A program made the position numbers and the translations under genes. A DNA stretch of 64,000 bases from Phycisphaeraceae bacterium (GTDB lineage Bacteria > Planctomycetota > Phycisphaerae > Phycisphaerales > Phycisphaeraceae), in assembly GCA_963674705.1 (NCBI GenBank), contig OY771506.1, positions 5,376,001-5,440,000 on the forward strand, written 5' to 3'. The notes under the pieces are model-generated. The model ran no database searches. It saw only the letters and a program-made list of their open reading frames with translations, and was not told where the DNA came from. Below are positions 49,855 through 61,603 of this stretch, in pieces; position 1 is the stretch's first letter, and every line of letters begins with the position of its first letter.

Positions 49855-51483
49855 TTACTCGGTCGTACCGCCTACGCGATCGAACCGATACAGCCACACA
49901 CGCTCATCGCCTTCTTTGAGTGAGTATTCCTCGATAACAGGCTCGCCGAGTCGCGACTTCACCTGCTCAAGGTAACTATCCGCCAACTCCTTCGGGAACG
50001 GATTATTCTCCGGCGCATCGTCGTAGTAAACGAACAACCATGTAGCAGAATCAACACCGGGTTCGGGTACCCGATCCGGCGCGGGGCCCCACATCATCGA
50101 CACATCCTTCGGCCCGTACTGGAGCATGTCATATCGCCACCTCGCCAGGCTCCCGCCTAACGGCAGTAAATCCGGCACGTACTCGCTGCCCCCCAGCGAA
50201 CCGAACACCACCCACTTATCTCCCGACTCTGCTCTCGCTGTCCAATCCTGGACCAATTGGCGAGCAACCTCGTCAGATTCTTTCTTGTATGGCTCTAAGA
50301 TGTCCTTGACCATGCCGTAGCCAATGAAGCACAGCATCACCACGCAGGCGATCTGCATGCCAGACACGACACCGCGTTTCTTCCAGCCATGATTCAAAAA
50401 CGCGACCAGACCCGCACCTGCGATCAGGCACGCAGCCGGTGCGATGTGCTGCTCGACCCGGGCGCTGTCGCCGTATGGATACTTCTTCAACGCCGCCGCG
50501 ATAAACATCAACGGGATGGGGCTCAGTAATAACGCCAAAACCAATCGTTGACGCGTCCGCCAAAGCGCGATCATGCCGAAGATAATCAGTACAAATGTCG
50601 CGGTGCTCCCGCCGTGATTCCCTCCGACCGGGTAAGCCAGCATGTTCCCGGTATGCGCCCGGAAAAACCAGCCGATGAATCCCGTCAATGAATCCATCGG
50701 CGGAAACGCGCTGGCCCAGCCCTTCAGTTCGTGAATCCCCTCGTGATGAACCTCCTGCCCCACCGCCACAAGCTTCCACATCAAAAAGAAACTCACAGCC
50801 ATCACCGCCCCACCCGCAACCCACAGCGCATACCAACTTGCTTTGACGCGATGATGATACAAGCAATAACCCATCACAAACATCGATCCACCGATGATGA
50901 ATACGATCGGATATGAGAACCAGACCGCCGCCGTTCCGCACAGAAAAAACACAATCCATCGCACGACCGACTTAGGTGACTGGCAGATCGCCCACGCCTG
51001 CCAGATCATCGCTAACGCGATCAGCAGGTCCAGGCTGTAGCTCTTGACCTCGACGCTGTGACGGACCGGATAGTAGGAAGCCGCGAAAATGATGACCGCT
51101 GCCATCGCCTGCCGACGGTGGATCATCTTCGGCGCAAGACGCCAGAACACCAGCACCGCCACCATCCCCGCCAGCACCGGCAGAAGCCGTAGCGCCATCT
51201 CCCCCGTGCCCAGCATCCTCGATACCAGCCACTGCAGCCAGAGAAAGCCGACCGGCACAATCTGTGGATGGTCCAGCGCCCCCCCCAGTTCGCCAAACGA
51301 CCGGGTGATGAAGTTCACCGCAATAAATGCCTCATCCCCCCACATCGGGAAACAAAGCCCGTAACGGACCAGACGCCAGATCAGCGACGCCGCCACTACC
51401 ACGATGACCCAACGGTGTGGGGGCCATCGCAGGACCGGTCGGCTGGGGGCTGTGCCGCGACTTCGCCGCTCAGGCTTGCTCAT
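49855..51483 (-). CDS. Integral membrane glycosyltransferase (GT-C fold, GT39/GT83-like)
   Basis: MWGDEAF after the first TM, PQIVPVGF, EMALRLLP, SVEVKSYS; many TM helices. Confidence 0.78.
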   Translation of the reverse strand: MSKPERRSRGTAPSRPVLRWPPHRWVIVVVAASLIWRLVRYGLCFPMWGDEAFIAVNFITRSFGELGGALDHPQIVPVGFLWLQWLVSRMLGTGEMALRLLPVLAGMVAVLVFWRLAPKMIHRRQAMAAVIIFAASYYPVRHSVEVKSYSLDLLIALAMIWQAWAICQSPKSVVRWIVFFLCGTAAVWFSYPIVFIIGGSMFVMGYCLYHHRVKASWYALWVAGGAVMAVSFFLMWKLVAVGQEVHHEGIHELKGWASAFPPMDSLTGFIGWFFRAHTGNMLAYPVGGNHGGSTATFVLIIFGMIALWRTRQRLVLALLLSPIPLMFIAAALKKYPYGDSARVEQHIAPAACLIAGAGLVAFLNHGWKKRGVVSGMQIACVVMLCFIGYGMVKDILEPYKKESDEVARQLVQDWTARAESGDKWVVFGSLGGSEYVPDLLPLGGSLARWRYDMLQYGPKDVSMMWGPAPDRVPEPGVDSATWLFVYYDDAPENNPFPKELADSYLEQVKSRLGEPVIEEYSLKEGDERVWLYRFDRVGGTTE

Positions 51484-51632
51484 GAATCGGGTCTCGGGCT
51501 GGGTGTCTGCCAAGGATGAAACGTTAGTGTAGCCGCCAAGGAAACTTGCGACCAGCACCTACCATCCGCCGCCTATTCGCTGTACCATGATCCAATCAAC
51601 TCAGGTGTCCTTTTTTCTTTCGGAGACCAAAT

Positions 51633-52748
51633 ATGTCTAACGGTCATTTTCAGATTGAACAACTGCTCGCTCAAATGAAGCCCCTCAAAGCGTCTGACCT
51701 GCACATCAAGGTCGGCATCCCCCCGACCTACCGGATCAACGGCCACCTGCGCGCCGTAGCCGGGGAACCGATCAGCGAAGAAGAGGCCGATCACATGCTC
51801 GACCCCCTGCTCAACGAACAGCAGCAGGAACGCTTCGAGAACGGGGGCAACCTGGACTTCGCCTGGCACCTGCCGGACGGGGACCGCTTCCGAATCAACG
51901 TCTTCCGCTCCGGGGCCCACCGCCACGTCGCCGTCCGCCGCGTCCAGGCGGAAATCCCCACCTATGACGAACTGCACCTGCCACCGGTCTACAGCGATCT
52001 GGTCAAGAAAGCCCATGTCGGGCTCGTGCTGGTCGTTGGCGTCACCGGCAGCGGCAAGTCATCCACACTCGCCGCCATGATCGACGAGGTCAACACCACA
52101 CGCAGTGTCAACATCATCACGATCGAAGACCCCGTCGAATACCGCTTCGTACCGAAGAAGGCGATTATCTCGCAACGCGAAATCGGCATCGACGTCGAGG
52201 GCTTCGGCCCTGCACTCAAGTTCGTCGTGCGCCAGGACCCGGACGTGATCTTCATCGGCGAAATGCGCGACCACGACACCATCATCGCCGCCATCCAGGC
52301 CGCCGAGACAGGCCACCTCGTCTTCGCCACGCTCCACAGCGCCGACACCATGCAGGCGTTCGGCCGCATCCTCGAGTTCTTCCCCCAACACGAACGCGAC
52401 TTCATCCGCGGTTCACTGAGCAACTCGCTATTGGCGATCTGCGCCCAACGCCTGATCCCCGCGCTCGAAGACTTCGCCGCCGGCGTCGTCCCCTCCACTG
52501 AGGTGCTGCTGAACACCAACCTCGTCAAGGAAAAAATCCGCGAAGGCGAAGAAGAGGACCTACCCGCAATCATCGCCTCCAACCCCAACTCAGGCATGCA
52601 CAACTTCAACCAGTCGCTGTGCCAGATGGTCAACGACAACTGGATCGACCGCCGCATCGCCCTGAACTACGCCCCCAACCGCGAACAACTCGACTCCCTG
52701 CTCAAGGGCATCGACATCAAGTCCAGCGGCCTGGTCGGCAGATCGTAA
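51633..52748 (+). CDS. pilT: PilT/PilU-family type IV pilus ATPase
   Basis: ASDLHIK, GVTGSGKSSTLAAM, TIEDPVE, RQDPDVIFIGEMRD, AETGHLVFATLH. Confidence 0.9.
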   Translation: MSNGHFQIEQLLAQMKPLKASDLHIKVGIPPTYRINGHLRAVAGEPISEEEADHMLDPLLNEQQQERFENGGNLDFAWHLPDGDRFRINVFRSGAHRHVAVRRVQAEIPTYDELHLPPVYSDLVKKAHVGLVLVVGVTGSGKSSTLAAMIDEVNTTRSVNIITIEDPVEYRFVPKKAIISQREIGIDVEGFGPALKFVVRQDPDVIFIGEMRDHDTIIAAIQAAETGHLVFATLHSADTMQAFGRILEFFPQHERDFIRGSLSNSLLAICAQRLIPALEDFAAGVVPSTEVLLNTNLVKEKIREGEEEDLPAIIASNPNSGMHNFNQSLCQMVNDNWIDRRIALNYAPNREQLDSLLKGIDIKSSGLVGRS

Positions 52749-52786
52749 TAAGCCGCTCGCAGCTTAGCGCAACCTACAGTCATACA

Positions 52787-52814
52787 AAGCCGCCGCGTCA
52801 CACGCGGCGGTTTC
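52787..52814. terminator. Putative bidirectional intrinsic terminator
   Basis: AAGCCGCCGCGT-cac-ACGCGGCGGTTT followed by CTTT, between convergent genes. Confidence 0.6.
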
Positions 52815-52861
52815 TTTATGATTGCAATTACACCATCCCCAACAAGCCGGCTAACAGTTAA

Positions 52862-53848
52862 TTACTTCTTCTTCTTAAACTCGATCGGTTCACCCGTAAA
52901 CGGATTGATCATTGGTCCCTCAGGTTGTGGTTGCTCGGGATCTTCAACCCCCATCGCGCCCGCGTCGAGAACACTAACGACTCGCCCGCCATGCATATTC
53001 ACATTCAGGACATGCTCGTCATCCCAAATCCGATGAAACGAAAACTGCGTGTAACTCATCTCACCGTCCGGATGCTCGATGAGACTGATCCCATCACAAT
53101 TAACCCGACCGCGCATATCCTCTCCGCCAGGTGACTTCGGCAAGATGTCATAAAACCTCGGGTCACTGCCGTGGAATTCAAACCAGTCCTCAACCCGCCC
53201 GCTCTCTTCCGCTGCCAACGCATCCAGCACCTTGCCAGCAACTTCCACCTTGTACGCCAACAGGTACTCAACCGCTTTGACATCGGCATCGGTCAACGTT
53301 TTACGCAACGCAAGGCTGAACGAAATATAACCCTCCGCGCGGAGCCGCGCTGATTCCCGCTCCTCCTCCTCCTCGCGCTTCATCTGCCCTTCGAAGTCCA
53401 CATCACCATAAAGCTTCAGGCTTCTTAAGAGTTCAATCGTTTGCCTGTCATCGTCCGAAAGCATCGACAGGTCTTCCTCATCCTCTTCTTCCTCCTCCTC
53501 ATCTTCATCATCCATCGCAAGCAAATCTTCGATCGCATCACGCAGAGACTCGTACCCGAAGTAGCCGTGTCCCTCCGATTCAGGGATATCACTGGTATCC
53601 AGGTCCGGGTAGCGATCCTGAATCAATGCGATGATCTCGTCTACGTTTTTATCTTCCCAGTCACGTGAATCACAAAGGTGCCTGGTCAACACTTCGACAA
53701 TTGCCGATCGGTCCCCGCGATCGACCTGTTTCATCCTGACAGCCCATCGTTCCTCAACCTGAAGCGAGGCCACCTCGGGCAGATGCAGCAGCCCAACGAG
53801 ATCACCGTATCGACCTTCTTTTAACGTGTCTTGCCAATTCCCTGACAT
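52862..53848 (-). CDS. Hypothetical acidic protein
   Basis: 328-aa ORF with RBS GGGGG; poly-D/E tract; C-terminal IWDDEHVLNV motif and NPFTGEPIEFKKKK tail. Confidence 0.7.
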   Translation of the reverse strand: MSGNWQDTLKEGRYGDLVGLLHLPEVASLQVEERWAVRMKQVDRGDRSAIVEVLTRHLCDSRDWEDKNVDEIIALIQDRYPDLDTSDIPESEGHGYFGYESLRDAIEDLLAMDDEDEEEEEEDEEDLSMLSDDDRQTIELLRSLKLYGDVDFEGQMKREEEEERESARLRAEGYISFSLALRKTLTDADVKAVEYLLAYKVEVAGKVLDALAAEESGRVEDWFEFHGSDPRFYDILPKSPGGEDMRGRVNCDGISLIEHPDGEMSYTQFSFHRIWDDEHVLNVNMHGGRVVSVLDAGAMGVEDPEQPQPEGPMINPFTGEPIEFKKKK

Positions 53849-53983
53849 GGGTATACCCCCTTTTGATAATGCGCTTCACAAACCACTGATTCACCGCCGT
53901 TGAAAGAGAACAAAGTCTAGAGTATCCGACAGAAGTACACCAGTGTTTACGTAAGATTTACCTTCACCTATTGATCATTCATA

Positions 53984-54024
53984 TAAAAACACCCCCCGAC
54001 TCGCGCCGAGGGGTGTGTGTTTTT
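53984..54024 (-). terminator. Putative rpsA terminator
   Basis: Imperfect GC hairpin (AAAAACACCCCCCG...CGAGGGGTGTGTGTTTTT) with A/T tracts on both sides, about 30 nt after the rpsA stop. Confidence 0.55.
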
Positions 54025-54055
54025 AGCAATGACTTGACCGAATCGTCTTCGATCA

Positions 54056-55840
<1,785 letters not shown>

Positions 55841-56062
55841 TATCTACCGTTCTGTTTCTTACCCCGCCGAGGCATTGCACCTGGGCGTTAGCGGGTCGCG
55901 GGACGTTTTAAGCCAGAATCGGCTCTACGCCCGCCTGGTCCTCCGCCTGCCGCCGCCCCACACGGGACGATCCACGGCTTAGCGGTGAATCGACTATTGT
56001 AACAAACCCTCCCGGTTCCGCCAGAACCCCGCAAATGCTTCATCCACAAGCACATCGGAGCA

Positions 56063-57013
56063 TCACGGCTTTTTAACAACCAGCTTCGTCACACGCCCGC
56101 CAATAATCCATTCGACTATATAGATGTTGCCCTTTGGATCGACCGCCAGACTGTGCGGGCTGTTAAAGCGTCCCGGATGTAAATCCACTGCCGCGACATT
56201 GGGCCAGCCCTCCACTTCGCGTGGCGTCGGGTTCTCGCCGAAGTAACCCACAAGCGTCCCATCCATCTCGAGAATCGTCATACGCGCAAGCAGTTCCGGG
56301 ATCACTAACCGCCCATCGTGAAACGCCACCACGTCCGGGCTGTTGAGCACATCCTTACCGAACGCGCGTTTGAACTTGCCTTCACTGTCATACACCTGGA
56401 CCTGGCAATTCCCACGATCCGCGACGAAAAGTTCATTGCCATCATCGGTAAACCGGAAGCTGATGCCGTGCGGGCAGTTGAACTTGCCGGCTTCGCCCTC
56501 TTCGCCGTCGATCGATGCGATGTAGTTGCCTTGCTCATCGTATCGGTGCACGAAGGATGAACCATACCCGTCTGCGAGCCAGATGTCGCCGTTGCCGCCG
56601 AAGCGTTTTTCGTTGACCGCCACCCACGTCGGGCTGTAGATCGCGCCGCCTTTGTATGCATCATGCGCAACCTGCTTGATCTCAAGCAACTCTTCACCAT
56701 CGAGCGTGGTCTTGACGACCTTCCCGTTTTCCGAATCGACCAGCCAGAGCAGTTCCTGTCCGTCTTCCTCGACCAGAGTCAGACCATGCGCCCCCGGGAA
56801 ACCTGAGCCCCACACGTTTTTCAGTTTCCCCTCAGCGTCATACCGCAACACCGCCGGCTCAGCCTGATGGAAAATGAAGATGTCCCCGGTCCTGGATACC
56901 GCTACGCCGTGCGTCCTACCGTCCGGTTCGCCCGATGCTGTCTTTAGGTGGTTAGGAACCGTGATCCAGTTGTCGATCCACTCGTAGCACAGCCCGTTCG
57001 ATTCAAGCAGCAT
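56063..57013 (-). CDS. NHL-repeat beta-propeller protein (peptidylglycine amidating lyase-like)
   Basis: THGVAV, AHGLTL, DIWLADGYG, GKFNCPHGI, LFVADRGN, GRFNSPHSLAVDPKGNIYIVEW. Confidence 0.82.
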   Translation of the reverse strand: MLLESNGLCYEWIDNWITVPNHLKTASGEPDGRTHGVAVSRTGDIFIFHQAEPAVLRYDAEGKLKNVWGSGFPGAHGLTLVEEDGQELLWLVDSENGKVVKTTLDGEELLEIKQVAHDAYKGGAIYSPTWVAVNEKRFGGNGDIWLADGYGSSFVHRYDEQGNYIASIDGEEGEAGKFNCPHGISFRFTDDGNELFVADRGNCQVQVYDSEGKFKRAFGKDVLNSPDVVAFHDGRLVIPELLARMTILEMDGTLVGYFGENPTPREVEGWPNVAAVDLHPGRFNSPHSLAVDPKGNIYIVEWIIGGRVTKLVVKKP

Positions 57014-57074
57014 GGTTCCGCCCTTCGTTGCCTGGTGTCGTGTTGAATTGGTTACTTAGTAAGTTGTATACAGC

Positions 57075-57851
57075 TTAGGCCGGCTGCGGCGCGTGTTGCT
57101 TCACGTGCTCGACCGCGTTCTGGAAGAAGCGCAGCCCCGCTGTCGTCGTCGTCAGCCAGTCTTCACCCTGCCTTGTCCACGTCGGGTGGTTCGTCGGATC
57201 AGTAAAGCGTTCAGGGTGCGGCATCAAACCGAGGATCGTCCCGCTCGGATCGCAGATCCCCGCGATGTCGTCCGTCGAGCCGTTCGGATTCTTGCCCGGT
57301 GCATACCGCAGCGCCACCTGGCCGTTGGCTTTGAGTTGTTCGAGCACCGAATCATCAGCACAAACAAGCCGACCCTCGCCGTGCGCGATCGGCAGGTCGA
57401 ACGCATCCAGCCCCTTCGTCCAGATACACTTCGACCCCGCATCCGCGACCATCGGCACCCACTTGTCGATAAACCGCCCGCAGGTGTTGTCCGCAAGCGT
57501 TACCGTCTGCTTCCCATCGCCCGGATCAGGCAGCAAGCCCATCTTGACCATCACCTGGAACCCGTTGCAAATCCCGATCATCGGCACACCCCGCCCCGCC
57601 GCGTCCTTCAAAGCCCCCCAGAGCCGATGCCTTAGCCGGTTCGCAAGAATCCGCCCCGCCGCGATGTCATCCCCGTAGCTGAACCCGCCCGGGAATCCGA
57701 TCAGGTCAAACCCCCCAATCCGGTCAGGCTCATCGATCAGCTCGTTCAGATGCAACGTCGCCGTCTCACAGCCGGCCAGCGTAAACGCATGCGCCAACTC
57801 AACATCACAATTCGTCCCAGCAGTCCGGATGATCAGTGCGGTAGGTGTCAT
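57075..57851 (-). CDS. purQ: Phosphoribosylformylglycinamidine synthase glutaminase subunit
   Basis: GTNCD, PGGFSYGD, GICNGFQ, PIAHGEG, NPNGS, GLMPHPER. Confidence 0.95.
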   Translation of the reverse strand: MTPTALIIRTAGTNCDVELAHAFTLAGCETATLHLNELIDEPDRIGGFDLIGFPGGFSYGDDIAAGRILANRLRHRLWGALKDAAGRGVPMIGICNGFQVMVKMGLLPDPGDGKQTVTLADNTCGRFIDKWVPMVADAGSKCIWTKGLDAFDLPIAHGEGRLVCADDSVLEQLKANGQVALRYAPGKNPNGSTDDIAGICDPSGTILGLMPHPERFTDPTNHPTWTRQGEDWLTTTTAGLRFFQNAVEHVKQHAPQPA

Positions 57852-57899
57852 AAGCACATGATAATCCGTACTCACTGATCCTGCATTGTTTCAAACTTA

Positions 57900-58070
57900 A
57901 ACCACAGAGGCACAGAGGCGCAGAGAAAACCGGGTTGGAACAGGGATGCACACAGATGAACACGGATTAGGGCAAGCAGCGGCTGACATTGATTTCAGAA
58001 ACTTATAAGCAGCAAAGATACGCTTGGTTTAACAACCGCGACTTCTCTGTGCCTCTGTGTCTCTGTAGTT
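57900..58070. repeat. Nested inverted-repeat element (CACAGAG/CACGGAT family), copy 2
   Basis: AACCACAGAGGCACAGAGGCGCAGAGAA pairs with TTCTCTGTGCCTCTGTGTCTCTGTAGTT; carries the inner left arm GGAACAGGGATGCACACAGATGAACACGGAT. Confidence 0.8.
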
Positions 58071-58333
58071 CAATCTCTTTCGCCTGTCTTCCGATACGCC
58101 GCCCGCTGCTTCGCGTATTCCTCCGGACTCACCGGCAGGTCCGGGGCTTCCACGCCGTCCATACATTGCTGGTGCAGCTTCTCAATAAACGGCACACACC
58201 ACCGGCAACCCGTCCCCGCGGACAGGCATTCACTGATCAGACTCGCCACCGCAGGCTTCTCGCGCTTGCAGTAGTTCACGATCTTCCGCTTGGACACGTG
58301 GAAACAGAGACAGACGTTATCGTCATCGTGCAT
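58070..58333 (-). CDS. BFD-like (2Fe-2S)-binding protein
   Basis: VCLCFHVSK...AGTGCRWC, a CxC...CxxC pattern. Confidence 0.85.
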   Translation of the reverse strand: MHDDDNVCLCFHVSKRKIVNYCKREKPAVASLISECLSAGTGCRWCVPFIEKLHQQCMDGVEAPDLPVSPEEYAKQRAAYRKTGERD

Positions 58334-58348
58334 GGATGCATTATACCC

Positions 58349-58504
58349 TGTATAGCCGCGACCATTGGTCGCGCTCTTATATCCCGGCCGGTGAACCATG
58401 AATGTGGAATGACTCGGTTGTCGTTCATTGAATCATAATCCGGCGCGACCACTGGTCGCGGCTATACATTGAATGCAGGCGCGGCCACTGGCCGCGGCTA
58501 TACA
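58349..58504. repeat. Three REP copies (TGTATAGCCGCGACCAnTGGTCGCGC family)
   Basis: 58349-58374 (+), 58443-58468 (-) and 58479-58504 (-). Confidence 0.9.
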
Positions 58505-59034
58505 GGATCGATCCATGGATACGGATCATCCGGGCGGCCCGCACGACGGTTGTGGCAACGGACGTAATCAGCGGTATTGATCCATTGATCTTTATCGAAG
58601 ATGTAGGTCAACCATTTGCCCTTGCACCAGAGCGGCCCTTTGTGTGTGGTTGTTTGATGGACTGCTTTGGTCGTCTGATCCGCGATCCATTTGGCTGTGT
58701 TGTCGATGTCTTTGCCGGTGTATGGCAGGAGCAGGTGCATGTGTGTGGATTCGATTGCAGCCGCGCTGATGCGCAAGCCACTGTGGGATTGTTCAATCAT
58801 CTTCTCAAGGGTATCTACAATGGCTTCGATCATGTCTTCGGTGAAGTGCACGGGCGGATGCTTCATGCGTTCCTCGGCCATACGCTCCCGCACCGGGTCG
58901 CCGGGGTGAAGCATATGCGGCCGGTGATACCCGATCTGCTCATCCCACGTATCCGACCAGTGCCCACGCTCATCACCCGGCAACCACAATCCATACCCGG
59001 ATTTGACCAGGTGGTAGCCGATCGTGTTTGACAT
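58498..59034 (-). mobile_element. HUH (Y1, IS200/RAYT-like) tyrosine transposase/nuclease 2
   Basis: YHLVKSGYGLWLPGDERG, HUH motif THMHLLL, PLWCKG and candidate catalytic Tyr in DYVRCHN; REPs on both sides. Confidence 0.82.
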
Positions 59035-59044
59035 GGCATCCCCC

Positions 59045-59163
59045 TGTATAGCCGCGGCCAGGGCCGCGCCGGATTTTGAACCAATATACAACGACGGTGT
59101 GATTGTATATCAACATAACAATGGTCGTATTTAAAGAGCGCGACCAATGGTCGCGGCTATACA
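59045..59163. repeat. Inverted REP pair (REPIN-like) upstream of the RAYT-like gene
   Basis: TGTATAGCCGCGGCCAGGGCCGCGC (59045-59069) and GCGCGACCAATGGTCGCGGCTATACA (59138-59163). Confidence 0.9.
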
Positions 59164-59202
59164 TGATGCCCAACGGCTCCCCATCACATACAATACCCCC
59201 AC

Positions 59203-59817
59203 ATGACCAAGGTCCGATCCAACTCGGCGTTTGAACGGCTTACCGAACGGCTCTCCAGGCTGCCCGGGATCGGCAGGCGATCGGCGCAGCGCATCGCGTT
59301 CTATCTGTTGAAAACCCCGGCCGAGGAAGCCGAACTGCTCGCTGAGGCGATCCGGGCGTTTAAACGAGATTTAAAAGTCTGTAGTACCTGTGGCCACGTC
59401 ACCGAGTCCGACCCCTGCCCGATTTGCGGCGATCCGGACCGTGATGCGTCGCAGGTGCTTGTCGTTGAGCAACCTACTGACGTGTCGAGCCTGGAGCAGA
59501 CGGGCGTGTATCGCGGGGTGTATCACGTACTGATGGGCAGGCTCGCGCCACTGGAAGGTGTCGGGCCGGGTGAACTGAACATAGATCGTCTGCTCGCCCG
59601 TGTGGCGGACGGCAAGGTCCGAGAAGTCATCCTCGGGACCAACCCCACGCTCGAAGGCGACGGCACCGCGCTATACTTAGCGGAACAGTTAGAAGCCCGT
59701 GGCGTGAAGTTAACCCGCCTGGCAAGAGGCATCCCGACGGGCACACAGCTTGCCGGGGCGTCAAAGGCGGTACTATCAGACGCGATCCAAAGCCGACACG
59801 CCATGGGCAATGGATAA
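59203..59817 (+). CDS. recR: Recombination mediator RecR
   Basis: LPGIGRRSAQRIAF, zinc finger CSTC...CPIC, YHVLMG, NPTLEGDGTA, TRLARGIP. Confidence 0.96.
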   Translation: MTKVRSNSAFERLTERLSRLPGIGRRSAQRIAFYLLKTPAEEAELLAEAIRAFKRDLKVCSTCGHVTESDPCPICGDPDRDASQVLVVEQPTDVSSLEQTGVYRGVYHVLMGRLAPLEGVGPGELNIDRLLARVADGKVREVILGTNPTLEGDGTALYLAEQLEARGVKLTRLARGIPTGTQLAGASKAVLSDAIQSRHAMGNG

Positions 59818-59852
59818 CCATGGTTGAGTAACCGATTTAGTGTATAAGCTGA

Positions 59853-59926
59853 TAGCCGTTAGCTGTTAGCCATTAGCCGTTAGCACATAAGTGCCGACCA
59901 GACCCGAAACCCCAGACCCGAGACCC
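59853..59926 (+). repeat. Composite heptamer repeats (TAGCCRT)n then (CAGACCC)n upstream of rpoN
   Basis: tagccgt-tagctgt-tagccat-tagccgt-tagc...gaccagacccgaaaccccagacccgagaccc-tgcaacata-ATG. Confidence 0.8.
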
Positions 59927-59935
59927 TGCAACATA

Positions 59936-61453
59936 ATGAGAATCGACACCGGCCAACACATGCGGATCGACCAGCGGATGAAGCTGGCGCCGCGCATGAT
60001 TCAGTCGATGGAGATCCTCCAGATGGCGCAGGCGGCGCTGGAGGCCCGGATCGATCAGGAACTGGCGAGCAACCCGACGCTGGAGGTCCGCGAGCCGGGC
60101 ACCGATGTCGAGGATTACGAAGCCGAACGCAACCAGACCGATCGCGACAACCGCGAGGGCGAACGCGAGCTGGTCGTACGTGACGGCGACACCGGCAACA
60201 AGGACGACTTCGAGCGTCTGTCCAACATCTCCGAAGAACTCGGCTCATCCTGGGAAGCCAACACCAGCGAAACCGGCGGCAGCTACCACAGCACGCAATA
60301 CGCGGACGGCGAACGCGACCGCAAGATGGACGCGATGGCAAACACCGCTGCACGCACCGCGTCGCTCTACGATCAACTCATGGAGCAATGGCACCTCGCT
60401 GAAACCACACCCGAGCAGTCCAAGGCCGGTGAATACCTCATCGGGTTCATCGATTCCGACGGCTACCTCCGCACGGATATGGAGACCCTGCTCGATCAGG
60501 CGCCGGCGGGCATCACGCAGGAGCAGCTCGAAGAAACGATCGAACTGTTGCAGCAAACGCTAGAGCCGCCGGGCCTCGCTGCTCGCGATATCCGTGAATG
60601 CCTGCTCATCCAGATCGATGCCAAGCTGCGCAACGATCCCGATGTCGACCTGACCAACGAGCGCATCCTCGTCGCGGAACATCTGAAAGATATCGAAGCC
60701 AACCGCCTGCCGAAGATCGCCAAAGCGACCGACCTGGAAATCGTGGATGTCAAACGCGCGATCCACAACCTCCGCCAGTTCCACCCGCACCCCGGCAAAC
60801 TCCTGGCTGACGACAGCCCGCGGATGATCTTCCCCGACGCGGTCATCGAATACGACGAAGACAACGACACCTACGTCGCCTCGTTGACCCAGGGCAGAAT
60901 CCCCGCGCTGCACATCCGCCCCGAATACCTGCAGGATTCTCGTGACAAGAGCGTCGATAAGAAGACCCGCGACTTCCTGAACAACCACATCCGCTCGGCG
61001 ACATGGATCATCGACGCGATCCAGCAACGCAAAGCAACACTGTTGCGCGTGATCGGCGTCGTCGTGCAGGCGCAGCGCGACTTCTTCGAGCAAGGCACGC
61101 AGGCGCTCAAGCCGCTGCCCATGACGCTGGTCGCCGATCAGTTAGGCATCCACGTCGCAACCGTCAGCCGGGCGGTAAACGAAAAATACATCCAGACGCC
61201 GCGCGGTATCTACCCGCTTCGCATGTTCTTCTCAGGCGGCACCGAAACCGAAGACGGCGACGCGATGAGCTGGTCGGCCGTGCAAGCCAAACTCGAACAG
61301 ATCATCAAGGACGAGGACAAATCCGCGCCGCTGTCCGATGATGCGCTGGTCGAAAAGCTCAAAGAGCACGGCATCGAAATCGCCCGCCGCACTGTCGCCA
61401 AGTACCGCAAGCAACTCAACATCCCCCCCGCCCGCCAGCGCAAGGAATATTGA
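59936..61453 (+). CDS. rpoN: RNA polymerase sigma-54 factor
   Basis: QSMEILQM...ELASNPTLE, IHVATVSRAV and RpoN box ARRTVAKYR. Confidence 0.97.
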   Translation: MRIDTGQHMRIDQRMKLAPRMIQSMEILQMAQAALEARIDQELASNPTLEVREPGTDVEDYEAERNQTDRDNREGERELVVRDGDTGNKDDFERLSNISEELGSSWEANTSETGGSYHSTQYADGERDRKMDAMANTAARTASLYDQLMEQWHLAETTPEQSKAGEYLIGFIDSDGYLRTDMETLLDQAPAGITQEQLEETIELLQQTLEPPGLAARDIRECLLIQIDAKLRNDPDVDLTNERILVAEHLKDIEANRLPKIAKATDLEIVDVKRAIHNLRQFHPHPGKLLADDSPRMIFPDAVIEYDEDNDTYVASLTQGRIPALHIRPEYLQDSRDKSVDKKTRDFLNNHIRSATWIIDAIQQRKATLLRVIGVVVQAQRDFFEQGTQALKPLPMTLVADQLGIHVATVSRAVNEKYIQTPRGIYPLRMFFSGGTETEDGDAMSWSAVQAKLEQIIKDEDKSAPLSDDALVEKLKEHGIEIARRTVAKYRKQLNIPPARQRKEY

Positions 61454-61460
61454 TTCCCCC

Positions 61461-61603
61461 TGTATAGCCGCGACCATCGGTCGCGCTCTTCCTCCCACAG
61501 TCATCCGCAAGAACCCCAATTCGGTTACATTGTTAACGGATATGTTGCGCTAATCATCAGCGATGTTATACATTGGGGCGCGACCAATGGTCGCGGCTAT
61601 ACA
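61461..61603. repeat. Inverted REP pair (REPIN-like) distant from the RAYT gene
   Basis: TGTATAGCCGCGACCATCGGTCGCGC (61461-61486) and GCGCGACCAATGGTCGCGGCTATACA (61578-61603). Confidence 0.9.

Noticed and set aside
58349..59163. Clustered 26-bp palindromic repeats as a possible CRISPR array
   Set aside because: Copies alternate in orientation, spacing is irregular, and they flank an HUH gene; no cas genes are present.
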